Shown: positions 41,763 to 57,119, counted from the first letter of the stretch. The stretch: 64,000 nucleotides of DNA from Octopus vulgaris (GCA_951406725.2 OX597815.1:124124001-124188000); one strand, 5' to 3'. The notes: a model not told the origin generated them from the letters alone. Numbers and translations: made by a program.

Positions 41763-43944
41763 AAACGAATCCTAGCAGTCTTTGAAAAGTCTTTTATTTA
41801 CGAGGAAGCACGCATTGACAAATTTGACGTGTTCTGTATGATTATTGCAGCAAGCTCCAGTAACTTCGCTTCTATTATGGAAACATTGAAAACAGATGAG
41901 GGTATTTTAAAAATTAAAACCAAAAGTTAAATGTTTTTTTTTAAGCATATTTAAATTGTAATTAAACATATTAAAACTGTATTTGTCAACATCTCGCTCA
42001 GAGATTTAAAACTAATTGCTTTTGCTCTTTTAAATTAGCATAAACATTTATTGACATGAAAGAAAATTACCGGAAAACTTTCATCTAATTCTTATAAATC
42101 TTTCTGTTAAAAATTGTAAAGTGTTTATCGCATGTAACGTGTTTTTTTTATATCGCATTTGCATTAGACACTGGTGGTTATGAAGTGTGCTAAAAATAAC
42201 AGCTAAATAATATTTATTTACACGAAAGAAAATGATCGGAGACATAACATGTGTTGTTTACAAATATTGACAACACGTGCTATTTTCAGGATATCGACGA
42301 CAAAATGTGCAATCACGTACAAAACGATAGCTTTCAAATCCTGTTTCCTGACTGGGTGAAATTCATCAAACATTAAAGCTCTATAACTTTTTAAAAACAT
42401 TTTCAGGAAAAGATGAAATAACTCCATCAATTCAGCTTGGGCAAGTGTATTATTGTGCCAAATTTTTAAATTTTCGGTAAACTTCAACTTTTGGAGCCAC
42501 TGGCAACCAAACAGAAAAGATCCTTTTTTTTTAATAGCGTAAATGTGTTAATGGGGAGAAAGATAGTGACAAAACATTAATATAATTAACAGTGACAAAG
42601 GTAGTCGTAGGATGTGCTACAAATAACAGCTAAATCTCCATTAAATCACACACCTTTTCTTATGAAAATACACAAAAAATTATTCTTTTACTGAAAAGGC
42701 TTCTCCCATCGTTTGTGAGTGTGTACTACAAAAAAAAGGGCAACATTCTAACTATCATACTATACTCGTATGACTCGTTACTGCATATCGGACTGTGGCA
42801 TAAGGTCTTGAGTTAAGCAATGGCATATTATACTCAAAATAATGGATCGGCGAAGAGCTCACTCGCTTGACCTAAGTGCACAAAACAATGAACAGGCAGT
42901 ACTGATTCCTAATTTTAATATTGATTTCAAATTTTGGCTCAAGGGGGAGAGGTAAGTTGATTACATCGACTCCAGTGCTATTGGTAAGTAGATTACATCC
43001 ACTCCAGTGCTCAACTGGTACTTATTTTATCGATCCCGAAAGGATAAAAGGCAAATTTGAACTCAGAACACGAAGACAGGCGAAATGCCGTTAAGCATTT
43101 TACCTGGCGTGCTAACGATTCTGTCAGTTGCTGCCTTAGTCCTAACTGTAATTTTGTCAAACAATTGTTGAATGAAATTGCAGGAAAATATGTACAAACA
43201 AACTGTAAATTCATTATAAAAATTATTGAGAGTTTGCACTTCCCTTGACAGCAATCGTTCCAAATGTTGGGCTTCATTGTTAAATGGGTTTTTTATTGGC
43301 GAAAAGCGCACCTTTAGCACAAATAAAATTGCATCCCAACTACTGACCTTTCTCTTCAGAGTGATCAAATATTTTAGTCCCCAACAATTATCGTCATTCT
43401 ACAAAGCTTGGATGAGGAATACAAATACCCGGCTTTTGTGGATTTTTGTGAGGAAAAAACATAAAAAATTTGTTAAATAGTTGATTTCTTTGTTTGTCAG
43501 ACTCTTTCCATGTAAGTGAAGTAAGAAAGAAAAATTGTTCATCATTTTCTGTTGTTCTTTCATCTTTTACTTGATTCAGTAGACTGCGACCATGCTGGAG
43601 TATTGCCTTGAAGAATTTTAGTCAAACGAATTGACACCAGTACTTATTCAGCCTGGCACTTATTCTATTGTTCTCTTTTGTAGAACTGCTAAGTTACGGA
43701 GATGTAAACACACCAACACCGGCTGTCAAGCGGCGGTGGAATATGAACACAGACATGAACACACGCACACCCACACACCCACATCAACCCACCCACACAC
43801 ACACACGTATATACAACAGACTTCTTTCAGTTGGTGCCTACTAATTCCGCTCACAAGTCTTTGGTCGACCCAGGGCCAAAATAGAAGACGCCCAATGTAC
43901 CATGCAGAAGGACTAACCAGGGACCATGTAGTTGAGTCCCTTTG

Positions 43945-44280
43945 TGATGAGAATAGGTTTCTAGCAGGGACAGTGCTAAGTTTTCGTAGTATTCTGTGTC
44001 CATCAGTACTACAATACTACCTTTACTGTTACAATTTATTGTTAGCTCATTTTGTTGTTTAGGAGTTTTTATCTGCAGATCTTTTGTATTCTCTAATGGT
44101 TGCACTCGTATTTACTTGACTGGTCTTCTTACAAACACAGGTTTTCGAATTTGCTAAAACTCATATGAAAAAAGACCTCCTGTAATTTAATAGTTTCCAA
44201 ATCAAATTATTCTTCCTCTAATAGCATTGTTTATTTCAAACTTGTTATTTAAAAAAGGATTTTTTTCATCGTGAGTTGTC
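43945..44280 (-). mobile_element. Penelope-like RT fragment
   Basis: TINCNSKGSIVVLMDTEYY resembles the Penelope IxKxADKGxxVVxMDxxxY motif. Confidence 0.5.
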
Positions 44281-47254
44281 ACCCTTATCTTTGCTTGGTT
44301 GATTTAAGCACTGATTGATTACTCGTTATCCTTCCAGTTATGAGTATAGCTTTAATTTATTAAATGTATATGCTTGTAGCGTTAATTATTTTCCTGTATA
44401 CATAATATTTCAATAATTTGTATAAAAGTACATTATTTTCCTTCACACGTTCTTCACACCCTCTGTATATCGTCATACCCTTGTAATTCTCTCCTTGTAT
44501 GAAAAGAGGTTTCCTTTCCCCAGCATTGGAGTATTCTCTTTGACTCCTAAACTCCATCTATTCTATCAGTGAAATGCCAACTCATTTTATTATAGTGTAA
44601 GTGATTGAGTATCCCACAGACTATTCAACCGTATAATACTCAGGTAAGCCTAGCATGATGCATGTGTATAACTAGGCTCTGAATCACAGGTACATTACAA
44701 CCGACAAGCTTCCATACAGCTTTTGTCCAGGGCCTCCAAAAGAAACTTTTAAAGATGGAGCAAAACTTCTTTTGGGGCCACTGGAAGCAGGTCCTTTAAA
44801 AATTCAAGGGAGCTTTTTTCTTAGGAATGAACTTGTCATATATTCATGTGCCCTACTTGGGCTCTCTTATCTTTAGAGATCAATATACTGAAGCCTCACT
44901 CTGAAAGGACCTGCTTCTGTCAATAGAAATATTTCACTCATAAAATTTGGGTCTATATGATCCTATGACAAGAGACACTTGCTCAAGATGCCAAAAAAAT
45001 GTGATCAAACCCAAGACTTTGTGAGTGAAATCAATGTCTTCACCACTTGGCCAAGCACAGACATGGATGTATATCAGTTATTGCATTCACAATACCTATA
45101 CAAACCAGGTCCTAGATCCAATTAAAAGAAAAACTGGTTGATGTAACTGAATAAACTTGGAGCTGAGTTAAATTCCTGAGCAATTTCTCTCTATCTTCTA
45201 CTTATCGATAATTAAATGTCAGTATAGCAGAGTAAGCTAATAAAACATTTGTTAAATTATCGTGTTTCTGTTTTGTTCTAATAACAGTAAACTCTGCTTA
45301 TCTGCCCACAGTCATATTTTACCAGTTAATCTGAGTAATATGCATATATTAAAGTGCCTTAACATATGCATATAACTAAAGAAACAATCAAAGCTTTTGT
45401 CTCTCATCTAAACATTTTGTATTCTATATTCGATTTATTGTCTCTATTGGAAAACATTCAGATTCTCTACAAAAGGAAGAAAAAAACACTTTTAAGTCCT
45501 ATAAGTCGGTAAAAACCTTCATCTTTTAGTAATTCCCATGTCTAATTATCAGTCACCTAGAAAGAATGATGGGATACTGTGGAAAGGAGTGTTGATAAAA
45601 ATTTCCTACTGAAAATTCAAGTTCTTTTTAGTTTTAATTTGAATTTATAATGTAACATCTGTTGAAGAGAATGGAAATTCAAAAAGACAGCAATTAATGA
45701 TTGCTCTAAAAAAATAGAATAGTGATGGATGGCAGATTTGATTCAGTATCTCACTAGATGGAAGACTCAAATAATTGAGCTATCACAACCCTCCACCCAT
45801 GTCTGTCCCGTGCCAGTCTGCAAAGTTCTGCAAAAATTCTGCCACTAGCTTCTTTGAGGTTATCACTAATCTGGTTTTAGGTCTTCTTCTTGTTCTTTTA
45901 CCTGTTAATAGAAACTTGACTCGGGTTTTGTCTAAATATATGGCAGGCGAAGGTCCTTTTTATTTTTTTTATGATAGTATTTAACAGTCTTTCCTGGCAC
46001 TTTATTTTGTGAAGGACTCACTCATTAGTTCTTTTATTTGTCCAGCTTATTTTGAGAATATGTCTAATTTTTCTAGTACTGTTACCACAAAAGTGGTCTA
46101 ATTGTTAGAGTAGTAGACCTAAGAATTCTACACTGATAAAAGCAACTGCTCTGAAAAGATTCAGACCAGATCTCAGATTCCATTCCCATCCATGCTTCTC
46201 CTGTTAACATAAAGTTACAGATATTAAAGCTATTGGGCATCAGTTGCTTTGAACTCACACACTTTGGAAGAAGAGTCTGTAAAGTTCAAGGTCACTGTCT
46301 CTCTTTGTCTAACTGATTCATTAAGAAAATCTGTAGTCTTAGTGATGCACACAACCACATTTGTACATAACTATTTTTCTGCACTTATCACTTTTCCATT
46401 TTTATAAGACCCCTCCCCGCTATGTATATGATTCCATATATGTGTATATATTTACATTTAGCATGTAATACTTTTACAAGCATCCCCTACATTATAAAAG
46501 CATTGCATTTGTGAAAAATCTAACTGCAACATGCCATTCTGTAGCACAATAATTGTTTTCCAGCAGGTTTACATGGAAGGCCATGAATATGGAAATGAAT
46601 ACATTATGGAATTCTCTATTTTCAGAGTCTCAACATTTCCAGAATAGATGAAAAGCCTGTATCAATATGTGCACATGCACATATGTGCATGCATTCACAC
46701 ACTTACACTTATGCATGTGCACAACACAAATTACACACTGCAGTTTTGTAATTCCATGTAAGTAAAAATTCAGAAAGGAGAATCAATAGCAAAAAAAGAA
46801 AATAGGACGCAAGAGGATTTCATTACAAAATTTACCATATTTTGAAATATTTCTTTTCTTTTTTTTATTATTTGGTTAATATTTTATTTGTTTACATATA
46901 AGATTATGGTACAAAATATGTGTAGACTTTGCTTGCTGTTTAATGGTTGATTGAATAAATCTTGGTATTTATTTGTATCAACTTCTATAATGACAGGACA
47001 TTCAAGAATATACATATTCTGCAAACTCGCATGAATTCATTTTTGTCAGTATGCTTGATTTGAACAGTAATTTTTGCTGTTATTTTTAAATAATTAATAA
47101 GTATATTTTGTTTTTTGTTGATAATTTTAAAATCCCCCAAGATTAAACCAGAGGATAACTGAAATTTGTAAATTTACTTAGAAATTATTAGGAAGTAGTG
47201 GTAAAAGTGTCAAGAGTAACAGCAGAAATCATTTTAAAATGGTAATAACAATAA

Positions 47255-48050
47255 TTCTTTCTCGTATAGGCACAAGGTCTGAAATTTGTGGTGAGGAACA
47301 AGTCAATTACATCAAACCCAATGCTTGACTGGTACTTATTTTGTCAATCCTGAAAGGTTGAAAGACAATGGTGGAATTTGAACCCAGAACATAAAGACAG
47401 ACGAAATGCTGCTAAGAATTTTGTCTGGCAACATTTTGTCTGGTGTGCTAACGATTCTCCCAGCTCACCACCTTAATAATAATAATGGTTTCAAATTATG
47501 GCTCAAAGGCAGCAGTTTTAGGAGAGAGTGCTAGTTGATTACATCAACTCCAGTACTTGACTGGTAGCTATTTCATTGACCCCTGCCAAAGGATGACAGA
47601 TAAATTTGGTTTCAGCAGCAATTGAACTCAGAATGTAAATCAGATTAATAGTTTCAAATTTTAACACAGAGTCAGCAGTTTTGAGGGGAGGAGGAAGTTG
47701 ATTACGCCAGTCCCAGTGTTGAACTGGTATTTATTTCATTGACACCAAAAGGATGAAAGGCAAAGTTGACCTCAACATTTGAATCCAGAGAATAAAGAGC
47801 CCAAAGAAATGCTGCTAAGCATTTTGTCCAACTCATTAATGATTCTACAAGCTCAACACCTTAATAATAATAATTATTATTATAATCATAATCCTTTCTA
47901 CTAAAAGAATAAGGCCTGAAAATTAATGGGAGGGTGGTTAGTTGGTTACCTTAACTCCAGTGCTGCTGAACTGGTAGTTATTTCATCAACCAACAAAAGG
48001 GTGAAAGACAAATTAGACCTCAGCAGCATTTGAACTCAGAATATAAAGCC
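47255..48050 (-). mobile_element. Tandem stack of four family-3 SINE copies separated by short (AAT)n
   Basis: Four successive TGGTA...TTAT...AAAGG.TGAAAG.CAA...TTTGAAC.CAGA blocks starting near 47255, 47490, 47650 and 47895. Confidence 0.75.
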
Positions 48051-48127
48051 AATGAGCATATTAATAATAATAATAATAATGATAATAATAATAATAATAA
48101 GAAGAAGAAGAAGAAGAAGAAGAAGAA

Positions 48128-48893
48128 ACAGAGTACCTAATTGTAACAGCCCAAGATCAAGTGATAAAAACAAACAACTTGAGAATAATATGTATGGAGA
48201 GAAGGCGTCAGAAGACTGTAGAGCCTGTGGAACTTAGAATGAGACAGTTGCATACATTGTGGAAGAATGCCCAAAGTTGGCACAGGAAGAAGATAAGAAA
48301 TGGTGGCATGATCAGGATCAGGTTGTAAACATTTTACACAGGAAACTGTTGCAGAAATGGGGATTTGGAACTGGAAACACATGGTACAATCATCGAGTTG
48401 AAAGTGTACTGGAGTCAGAGCAATGTAAGATTTTATGGGACTTTCCTCTTCAAATAGACAAGAATTTATAAAACAATAGACCTGATATTATAATCTTAGA
48501 TAAAGTAAAATGAAGTTGCTTACTTATCAACCCATCATGTCTGTTTGATTCCAGGGTCATAAAGAAAGAAGAAGAAAAATGGAAAAATATACCATCCCTT
48601 AAAATTTGAAAAAGGAAAAATTTGGAGCATGAGAACATTAAAAGTCGTGACTATATAACTGGTGCAGTGGGAACAGTAAGCCAAGATATAGACAAATGGC
48701 TGAAGGAGACTGAAATAGAATGTCTGGAAGATCTCCCACAGAAAGTTTGTTTCTTAGGGACAGCAAGGATTATCAGGAGGGTTCCAAGCACTTGAAAGAC
48801 TGCCAAAAACATGGGGATACCTAAGGTTGCAGGTAGTTAGCCACTTCCCACATAAATCCTACCAGGAATAAGATCAAACATGAGCTTTCTTTC

Positions 48894-48894
<1 letters not shown>
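48128..48894 (+). mobile_element. R4/Dong-like RLE retroelement 3' fragment, copy 1
   Basis: TAQDQ, CRACG...ETVAYIVEECPKLA, ILWDF, NRPDI; followed by (ATA)n. Confidence 0.8.
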
Positions 48895-48940
<46 letters not shown>

Positions 48941-48944
48941 TATA

Positions 48945-49682
48945 ATATGCAGCACAAAATCAAAGCCTTCTCACCAGAAATCACCAAAAACAAGTAATGA
49001 AAAGAAATACAAGTAATTGTAGAATATGTGGTAATGGACAAGAAACAATAAACCATATTGACTCTGGCTGCACAGTCCTGGCTAAGAAGGAATATGTTCA
49101 CAGACACAACAGAGTTGGGACCTATATACACTGCAGGCTATGCCAACACTATGGAATAACAATAGATAAAAGATGGTATAGTCACACGTCAGAAAATGAG
49201 AAAGCAACCATACTCTGGGATATGCCAATACACACAGATAGAGAAATTAAGGCCAATAGGCTGGATATAGTTGTCAGAGATCACCAAGGTAAAAAAAAAT
49301 GTTTTCTAATTGATGTATCAATACCAACAGATGACAATGTTTCTCTAAAAAAAAACGGAGAGATTTTCAAAATACAAAAATCTGGAAATAGAGGTAACTC
49401 GAATGTGGAGCCTAAAAGCAGAAACAATTCCTATCATAGAAGGTGCATTAGTTATGATAAAAAATGCAAACATTCAGACAATACATAACAAAAACACCAG
49501 AACTTACAAGTATATATAACATACAAAAAATTGTACTACTAGGCACTGCACACATCCTTCGTAAAACACTTTCAATACAGTGAAAGTAAGAGCACCGCAA
49601 CAAACCACAGCATATACCCAAGCCACACAGAGCTGCACTCGGTAGTGCAGTGAAAGCACATGATAAAAATAAAGCTGCTGGA
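48945..49682 (+). mobile_element. R4/Dong-like RLE retroelement 3' fragment, copy 2
   Basis: CRICG...ETINHIDSGC (CCHC), RHN, ILWD, NRLDIV...IDVSIP (restriction-like endonuclease). Confidence 0.88.
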
Positions 49683-49721
49683 TAATGATAATAATAGTGA
49701 ATAATAATAATAAGAAGAAGA

Positions 49722-50252
49722 AGTACAGAATTGAAAACATTACTGATAGTGACAAATGCAGAATGTGTGGTGAGAGGGATGAAATGGTGTGGCACATTGT
49801 TAGAGAATGCCTGAAATTGGCACAATGCAAATAAAAATGATACCATGACAATGTGGCAAAAATGATCCATTGGGAGCTCTGTGGAAATAATGGCTTACAA
49901 AGAGCAAAGACATGGTATGAACAAACCCCAGAAAGAGTCACTGAAAATGAGAACTACAAAGTCCTGTGGGATGTAATGATCCAGTGCAATGTGGTTAATG
50001 AAGAGAGTAGATGTGATACCAGTAGTAATTAGTGCACTTGGAAGCATCAGTACTCAACTACCAGCATGGCTGAAAAAGATCAATGCAAGTGTGAAGGTAG
50101 AACAGCTACAAAAATCAGCTTTGCTTGGAACTGCAAGAATTCTTTGCAGGGCTCTTGAAGAGCATGACCAGTAAACAAGTGTCACCTTAGTCTGCTGGCT
50201 ATGGATAGCTGACACTTTCCATCATATCTGGCAAAATAAGCTGGGAATTTTC

Positions 50253-50253
<1 letters not shown>
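49722..50253 (+). mobile_element. R4/Dong-like RLE retroelement 3' fragment, copy 3 (internal deletion)
   Basis: CRMCG...HIVREC, VLWDV, IPVVISALGS, LQKSALLGTARIL; (AAT)n at 50254-50313. Confidence 0.82.
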
Positions 50254-50315
<62 letters not shown>

Positions 50316-53300
50316 CAATTAGTTGGCTGGTAATGTGAGACAAAAGTAAAAACTATTTTTTAATATCAGTTACAATCATTTCTTCTAAGTTGCATAACTA
50401 ATACTTGTGAGAAAAACATGAATATCATGACTTCCTATATACTCTCCCATCAAATGTTATGAATTTTACAATATTTATATTTTGAGTTAAAATATCACTT
50501 GATGTCAATTTTGCTGTTCATCTTTGTGGGGGCAATAAAATAAATTACTAATCAACTATTGGTTTGATTCAATTGACTAACTTTCCCACCAGATTTTTAG
50601 CTTTGTTCTTCTGTATGATTGGCAGAATTATTAGAGAATGGACAAAATGCATTGTGCTATTTTGTTGTGTCATTCTACCTTTTGAGGTCAAATCCTGCCA
50701 AAGTCACCTTTACCTTTAGTCAAGTACTGGGGTTGATGGTATCAACTAAACTTCTCCTCTCACAATTGTTGGCTTTGTGCCTCAATTAGAAAAATATTAT
50801 TAATACTACATTAAAGTTTTTGTAATATGGTGATTACTATTACAACTAATATTGATTTCTATAAAGATAGCCAAATATACCTTAAATTTTGAGGTATATA
50901 TTTGATGATACAGAGTCCACTTTTTTAACATGTACTTCTTTTATCAACTCCAGAAGGATGAAAGGAAAAGTTGCCTTTAGTAGTATTTGAACTCAAGACA
51001 TAAAGGTCATTACCATTTATGACATCACATTTTGCTCATCACTCTATTTCTTACAGTTAATGACAACAATAATAATAATTTCTGATTTAGGCAGTTTTGA
51101 GAGGAGGGGTTAGTCAGTAACATCAATCTCAATTCTAGATTAGCACTTTATTTTATTGATCCCAAAAGGATGAAAAGTAAATTTGACCTTGGTAAGATTT
51201 GAGCTGAGAATATAAAGTACTGAAAGAAATACCACAAGACAACTTTTCTGAAGTTCTAATGAATCTACAAATCCACTACCTTGATAATAACAATAATAAT
51301 GATAATAATAACAACAAGAAAAATATAAATAATTATTGTTATTTCAATAATGCATTTACATACATTAAAATAAATCATAAAACAAATATTTTCAGAGAAA
51401 GTTTTTTTAAAAATGCAATGTATTATTAGAAAAATGTGAGCAAATTAGAATGGCTGTCAAAATCTTAACATGATGCAAATTGACCCATCTACAGTTTGTT
51501 GCACATCATCATCATCACCATCAATAACTTGACATCCTTGGCTCTTTTTTGTCTGAAGTTGGGCTGTTTTTATAATGAAGTAATGTCTTTAGCTGCTACC
51601 AGCAATTTGGTATCCGAATATGGCTACTTTCTAAACCATGGATAAACTGTAGTTGCTGATAACATATAAAATATAATAGTAAACTTCAGTTTACTATCTA
51701 ATATTTGCTTACATTCTGTTTGGTGATACAGATTAAATAATGTAGTATAGTGTGTATATATAACATAAATTAAAATGGAGAACAAGTGAGTCAAACACTC
51801 TTTATGTATAAAACTAGATGAAGGGCTACTGGTTTCATTATTGATTAAAGCTAATAAGGCAGCTTCTCAAGTCAGTGAAACAGCTCGACTTATTCAGTGT
51901 TGAAGCATAATCTCAAAGTCCCTACTGGCAATTTTTAAGTTCTAAATTTTAAGATGACAAGTTCTACTAAAAAAGGAAAGGATGGCAATCATTAGAAGTC
52001 TCAATGAAATGCTTTATTTGGACAGCTATTTCCTTGTCACAGGCAGTTCTGTTAAGCAGAGCTGTTCTGGACTGACAAAAAAAGAAAAAATTATATAGGT
52101 TTGTTTTAATAGATTAAATCCAAATATGGCAAAAGTTTGTTTATGTTACTACTGAGTAAAATAAGTAGATTCTGAACTGTTGTAGTATATGAAACAAATT
52201 ATGTTTAATGATAAAGTTTATATTAATATTGGTACAGTGTACATTATATTAAAGAGAGCTTCTGGTGAAATAATATCTGAAGAAGTTGCCATATACATGG
52301 CTATGGTAAAAAGTATGCTATGCTGTAGTATCTGATTGTTCTGAGAAAGGAAAATTTATCAGGTAAAGAAAGTATTTCTGTGTTGTCTGTATATCATCTT
52401 CTTTTATAATTGATATTGAATCTAAGTGGCAATCTTAAATATATTATGTACAGCTTGCTTTCACTTTCAAGACTAACTAAAGAAAATTAATATAGTGTAA
52501 AATCAATTTTCTTGTGAATAAAACACAAGGCCCCATAACTTCAAGGGGACTATAAAATTACATTAATCATACTTATTATGGTGACCATTAAAAGATGGAA
52601 GGCAAAACCATCCTTGAGAAATTTGATTACTATAAATACTTAAAAATAACATACACCTAAGTGCTAGCTAAAGATTTAATGCATAGTCATTGCACAAATT
52701 AGCTAGGTGCCCTTATACAGACATGTAACTACTAGTGTGCATGATATTTATGGGTTACTATTTAGATGATATGATTTTTATGTTTTTAAAATGCAATAAA
52801 AAATAATTATACTTCTGTGATTTTTAAATGTTGCTGGACACTTTTGAATAAACCAAATAATATTTAAGTTGAATTTAGTTAAAATATATCATTTTAATTT
52901 AGCGTTAAGGCACAAGTGTTATTTTAGTGAAAATAACTCAAAAATTTGTTGTCAAATTTATATAATCATCAGGATATTTAGAAAATATTTTTGGATTTTT
53001 TTTGTAGTTTCAGTGGATTAGATATAGATGCAGTAAATGGGTAATATATGATGAAAGTTCCTGAAGCCAAATTCTTTTGGTAATATTGCCTCCTTATTCA
53101 ACATATATTATATTACATTACATCTTATCTAGAAGAAAATGTTGGTCACATCCACTTACTAGTTAATGGTTAGAAAAAGCATCCTATCACAAAACCCTTG
53201 TCCTAAGAATTTCAGCAAATTTCTGAAAATGGAGAATTTTCATTGCATACATTATAATAACTAAAGTTTTCATAATAATCTTACATAATAATCTGACAGA

Positions 53301-53812
53301 GTCAAGATGTGTACTAATGACTAATCAGATAAATATCAATCAATCAATTATAATAAAAAATATAATATTTGTTTATTTATGTTACCAATTGAAGTTTTTA
53401 CACAAAAACATCAACATCCTTCCAATACTGCAAACTGGAAAAATATTTCATGAGTTCTTCTACATATGTATTAGAAATCAGTTGTCTTATATTAACAAGG
53501 GTTATTTATATTTAGACATAATATAACAGTTATAATTCAAAAACAACGTTGAAAATATAAAATTTTCTATTCAATTATGTAAAACTTTCATTATATTCAT
53601 GTATTTGTATGAAATGTTATAGAAGTTATCTGGCAGTCATTTATGGATAATTTTGTTGTATGTAAAGAATACCAGATTGGCTTTCTGTACATGGCACCTT
53701 GAATAACATTTATTGTGCAACAATGGCAATGATTTAGCCAAACACGTGCATACAGTCACACACACACATACAACAATAATATAATATATATGTGTGATCG
53801 CATGTATGTATG

Positions 53813-54146
<334 letters not shown>

Positions 54147-54528
54147 TTAGTTAATGTAGATAATAAAACAAAAAAGATATGACTATCAATTTGAAAAAAG
54201 TGTTAGTTTAAAGAAAAAATTTACCACTTTCCATCGATGATTTTATATTGCATTCTTAACATAAAAGCCAAAAAACGGAATATAATTCATTATAATTATT
54301 TCAAATTTTGCCACAAGGGCAGCTTGGGGGAGGTGGGGATGAGTCAATTACATTGACCCCAGTGTATGACTGGTACTTATTTTCTTGACCCTGAAAGGAT
54401 GAAAGGCAAAGTCGACCTCAGCAGAATTTGAACTCAGAACGTAGTGATGGCCGAAATACCACTAAGCATTTCGTCCAGCATGATAATGATTCTGCCAACT
54501 CACTGCCTTAATATAATTAATAATAACG

Positions 54529-54562
<34 letters not shown>

Positions 54563-54718
54563 TAATAAAAGAGGGAAGAAATAAAGTAATAATACCAGCA
54601 AATGACTTGTATTAAATTATTATTTACATTATTTATACTAACTTACATATATATATATGCACACACACACATATATGTATATACATATATAAATATGGAT
54701 ATATACATATTTATATGC

Positions 54719-54768
<50 letters not shown>

Positions 54769-56059
54769 GTAACCAAAAGGAAAGATTTTATTGACAGTAA
54801 CTATGCCAGTATTTTAGTTTCTATTGTTTATGCATTAATTTCAATTTGAGCACATTGTCAGATGTGGGTAAGGTTTTATTAAAGGAAAATAAAAACATAA
54901 GAGTTGGTGTAAGTAAGGTCAGGGGGTGGAATTGTTTAATTAAAACATAATACGATACATCTTCAACATCTCCATTTTGTGTTTTATTGATGAGACAATC
55001 TGTAAACAGTGTTGATTTAGATGGTGTTTTTCTAAGTATCTCTAAATTTATCACAGTTGTGGTAATATATCAGCCACTTAGGTTTCTCTGTATTGGTGAT
55101 AGCAGCTGATGAGAGTAGCTTCAGTGTTTCTCCAATAATACAATATATTTAACCAGCACATTTCATGAACATCACTGACTGAAACATCTTGAAAGAGTGT
55201 GGCAACTTCAATCTTTGAAGACCTTCTTTTGAAACAGTAAAGCAAAAAAGAAAAAGCAAATCTACAAATATCCATATATATATATATATATGCGTGTGTG
55301 TTTGTGTGTGTGTGTGTGTGCGCGCACATGCGTGTATATGTATGAATAGATATATGTTATCATGTAAAGTTGTGTTTAACACACACACATACATACACAC
55401 ACACATATAAATTAAAAAAATAATCAAATGATTCTTATAGGCATTTTTAAAAGTGTTGCCTTATTTAATCTCAACTCATATTTCATGTTACTTTTCTTGT
55501 TGGTGTGGTTATTGAAAGATACATTTTCTTGTTGTTGCTTCCCAACATATAATATATATATATATATATATGCATGTATAAATATATATACCCACACATA
55601 TAGATGCAATTTTTGCTGTTGTCTTTCTGGCTCTGGTACTATGTCCTATCATTCTCATTATTTCTATCATCACCATCATCATTGTCTTTATAATCATTAC
55701 AATCATTTGCATCCATTCTCTTGTGATGCTCACCATCAGTACCATTACGATCACCATCACCAATATCATCATAACCATATTCATCACCATCATCAAAATC
55801 ATCACAATGAATGCCATCACAAGCATAATTTTACTGTTGCTAGGAACACCATTTCAATGAAGAATATTTAAACTATTTCTCAAAAATCTTTTTGGCACCA
55901 ATTTTCTTGTTCCTTGGAGGATTACAGAATTATCAGGATTTATAAGAAAAAAAACAAGCTAAGCTATGTATTATATGGTAATGATTATAATGATGGCCTT
56001 GAATGATGATACCAATGTCGATAATAAAATAACTATAGTTTGTAGATGTTTCATGTTAA

Positions 56060-56122
<63 letters not shown>

Positions 56123-56408
56123 CATTATTGTTGTTGTTGTTATTATTATCTTTCATTTTCAAATTGAGACATTCTAAGTAAAAGTGTTATTAATGATGAT
56201 GGCAATATTTGCTATATATATATAACAAGATTTAAGATTTTTAGGAATTTTTCTTTCCTTTAAAAGTTATTTTGAAAAAAAATGTTTTTTTTGTTTTTGT
56301 TTTAGAGTAAAAATCTCTAAATGTTTAGTGTGTGTTCATGCTATGGAAGATCTGTCTGCTATCATCTGAAATGATCAACACGTCTGTTCATTAGGTGAGT
56401 CCTATTAT

Positions 56409-56414
56409 TTTATT
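56409..56414 (-). terminator. Candidate polyadenylation signal (AATAAA) of the collagen gene
   Basis: Plus-strand TTTATT about 150 nt downstream of the TGA. AT-rich context, so chance occurrence is possible. Confidence 0.35.
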
Positions 56415-56560
56415 AATATTGTATTTTTTACTGTGTTTTTCTTTTTTTTTAGGTATAAGATATTGAGAGCAATTCACTCATTTGTCCATATTTCAAATAG
56501 GATGAGTGAATTGAAGAAGAGATTTGTCTTGTGTTGTTGTGTGTAGCTTGTTTTGCCAGC

Positions 56561-56768
56561 TCAATGTTGTTCCATAGTGGCAATTTGTATGCATAGGACA
56601 ATGAAATTGTTGTTGCAATGGAACTCTTCATATCCCAGAAACTGATGAGCCAATAGGGACGATGCAACACCAACATTATTTCTTCCTGATGAACGCCAGT
56701 TGGAACAGAATCTGTCTCTCTTTCGCTCGCCTTTTGTTGAAGAACCATGCCATACAAATTTCTGTGGC
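56561..56768 (-). CDS. COL18A1: Multiplexin collagen, terminal coding exon (endostatin C-terminus, TGA stop)
   Basis: Acceptor TTTCTCTATAG|. (W)PQKFVWHGSSTKGERKRDRFCSNWRSSGRNNVGVASSLLAHQFLGYEEFHCNNNFIVLCIQIATMEQH*, with WPQKxxWHGS and C..C..IVLCI motifs. Confidence 0.95.
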
Positions 56769-57119
56769 CTATAGAGAAATAGAAGATACAAAACTTAACC
56801 AAAGTAAAACTCATGAGCATTGACCAAATAAATTAATATCAAATAGGTATCAATAAATAAAAAGACTTCACCAGCAAATAAAGCAAATATCTAAATTGAT
56901 AGAATTATACACCTCATGATAAACAAGAAGTAGATAAATGTAGAACATTACAAAACAGTCTATCAAAGGTTACAAGCTCTTCCTCAGACAGATTGTAATC
57001 AAATTTTTACTTGTGTCAGAAAATGTAATGCATTTATCAATCTGGAAGTCAAATGAAACTAATTGATATTTATAAAACTTGTGTTCAAAGGTAACTAGCA
57101 TAGCAAATGGGTCACTTAC

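Noticed and set aside
55428-55871. His-rich 147-aa ORF
   Set aside because: Degenerate (CAT/CAC)n low-complexity tract with no domain or splice support.
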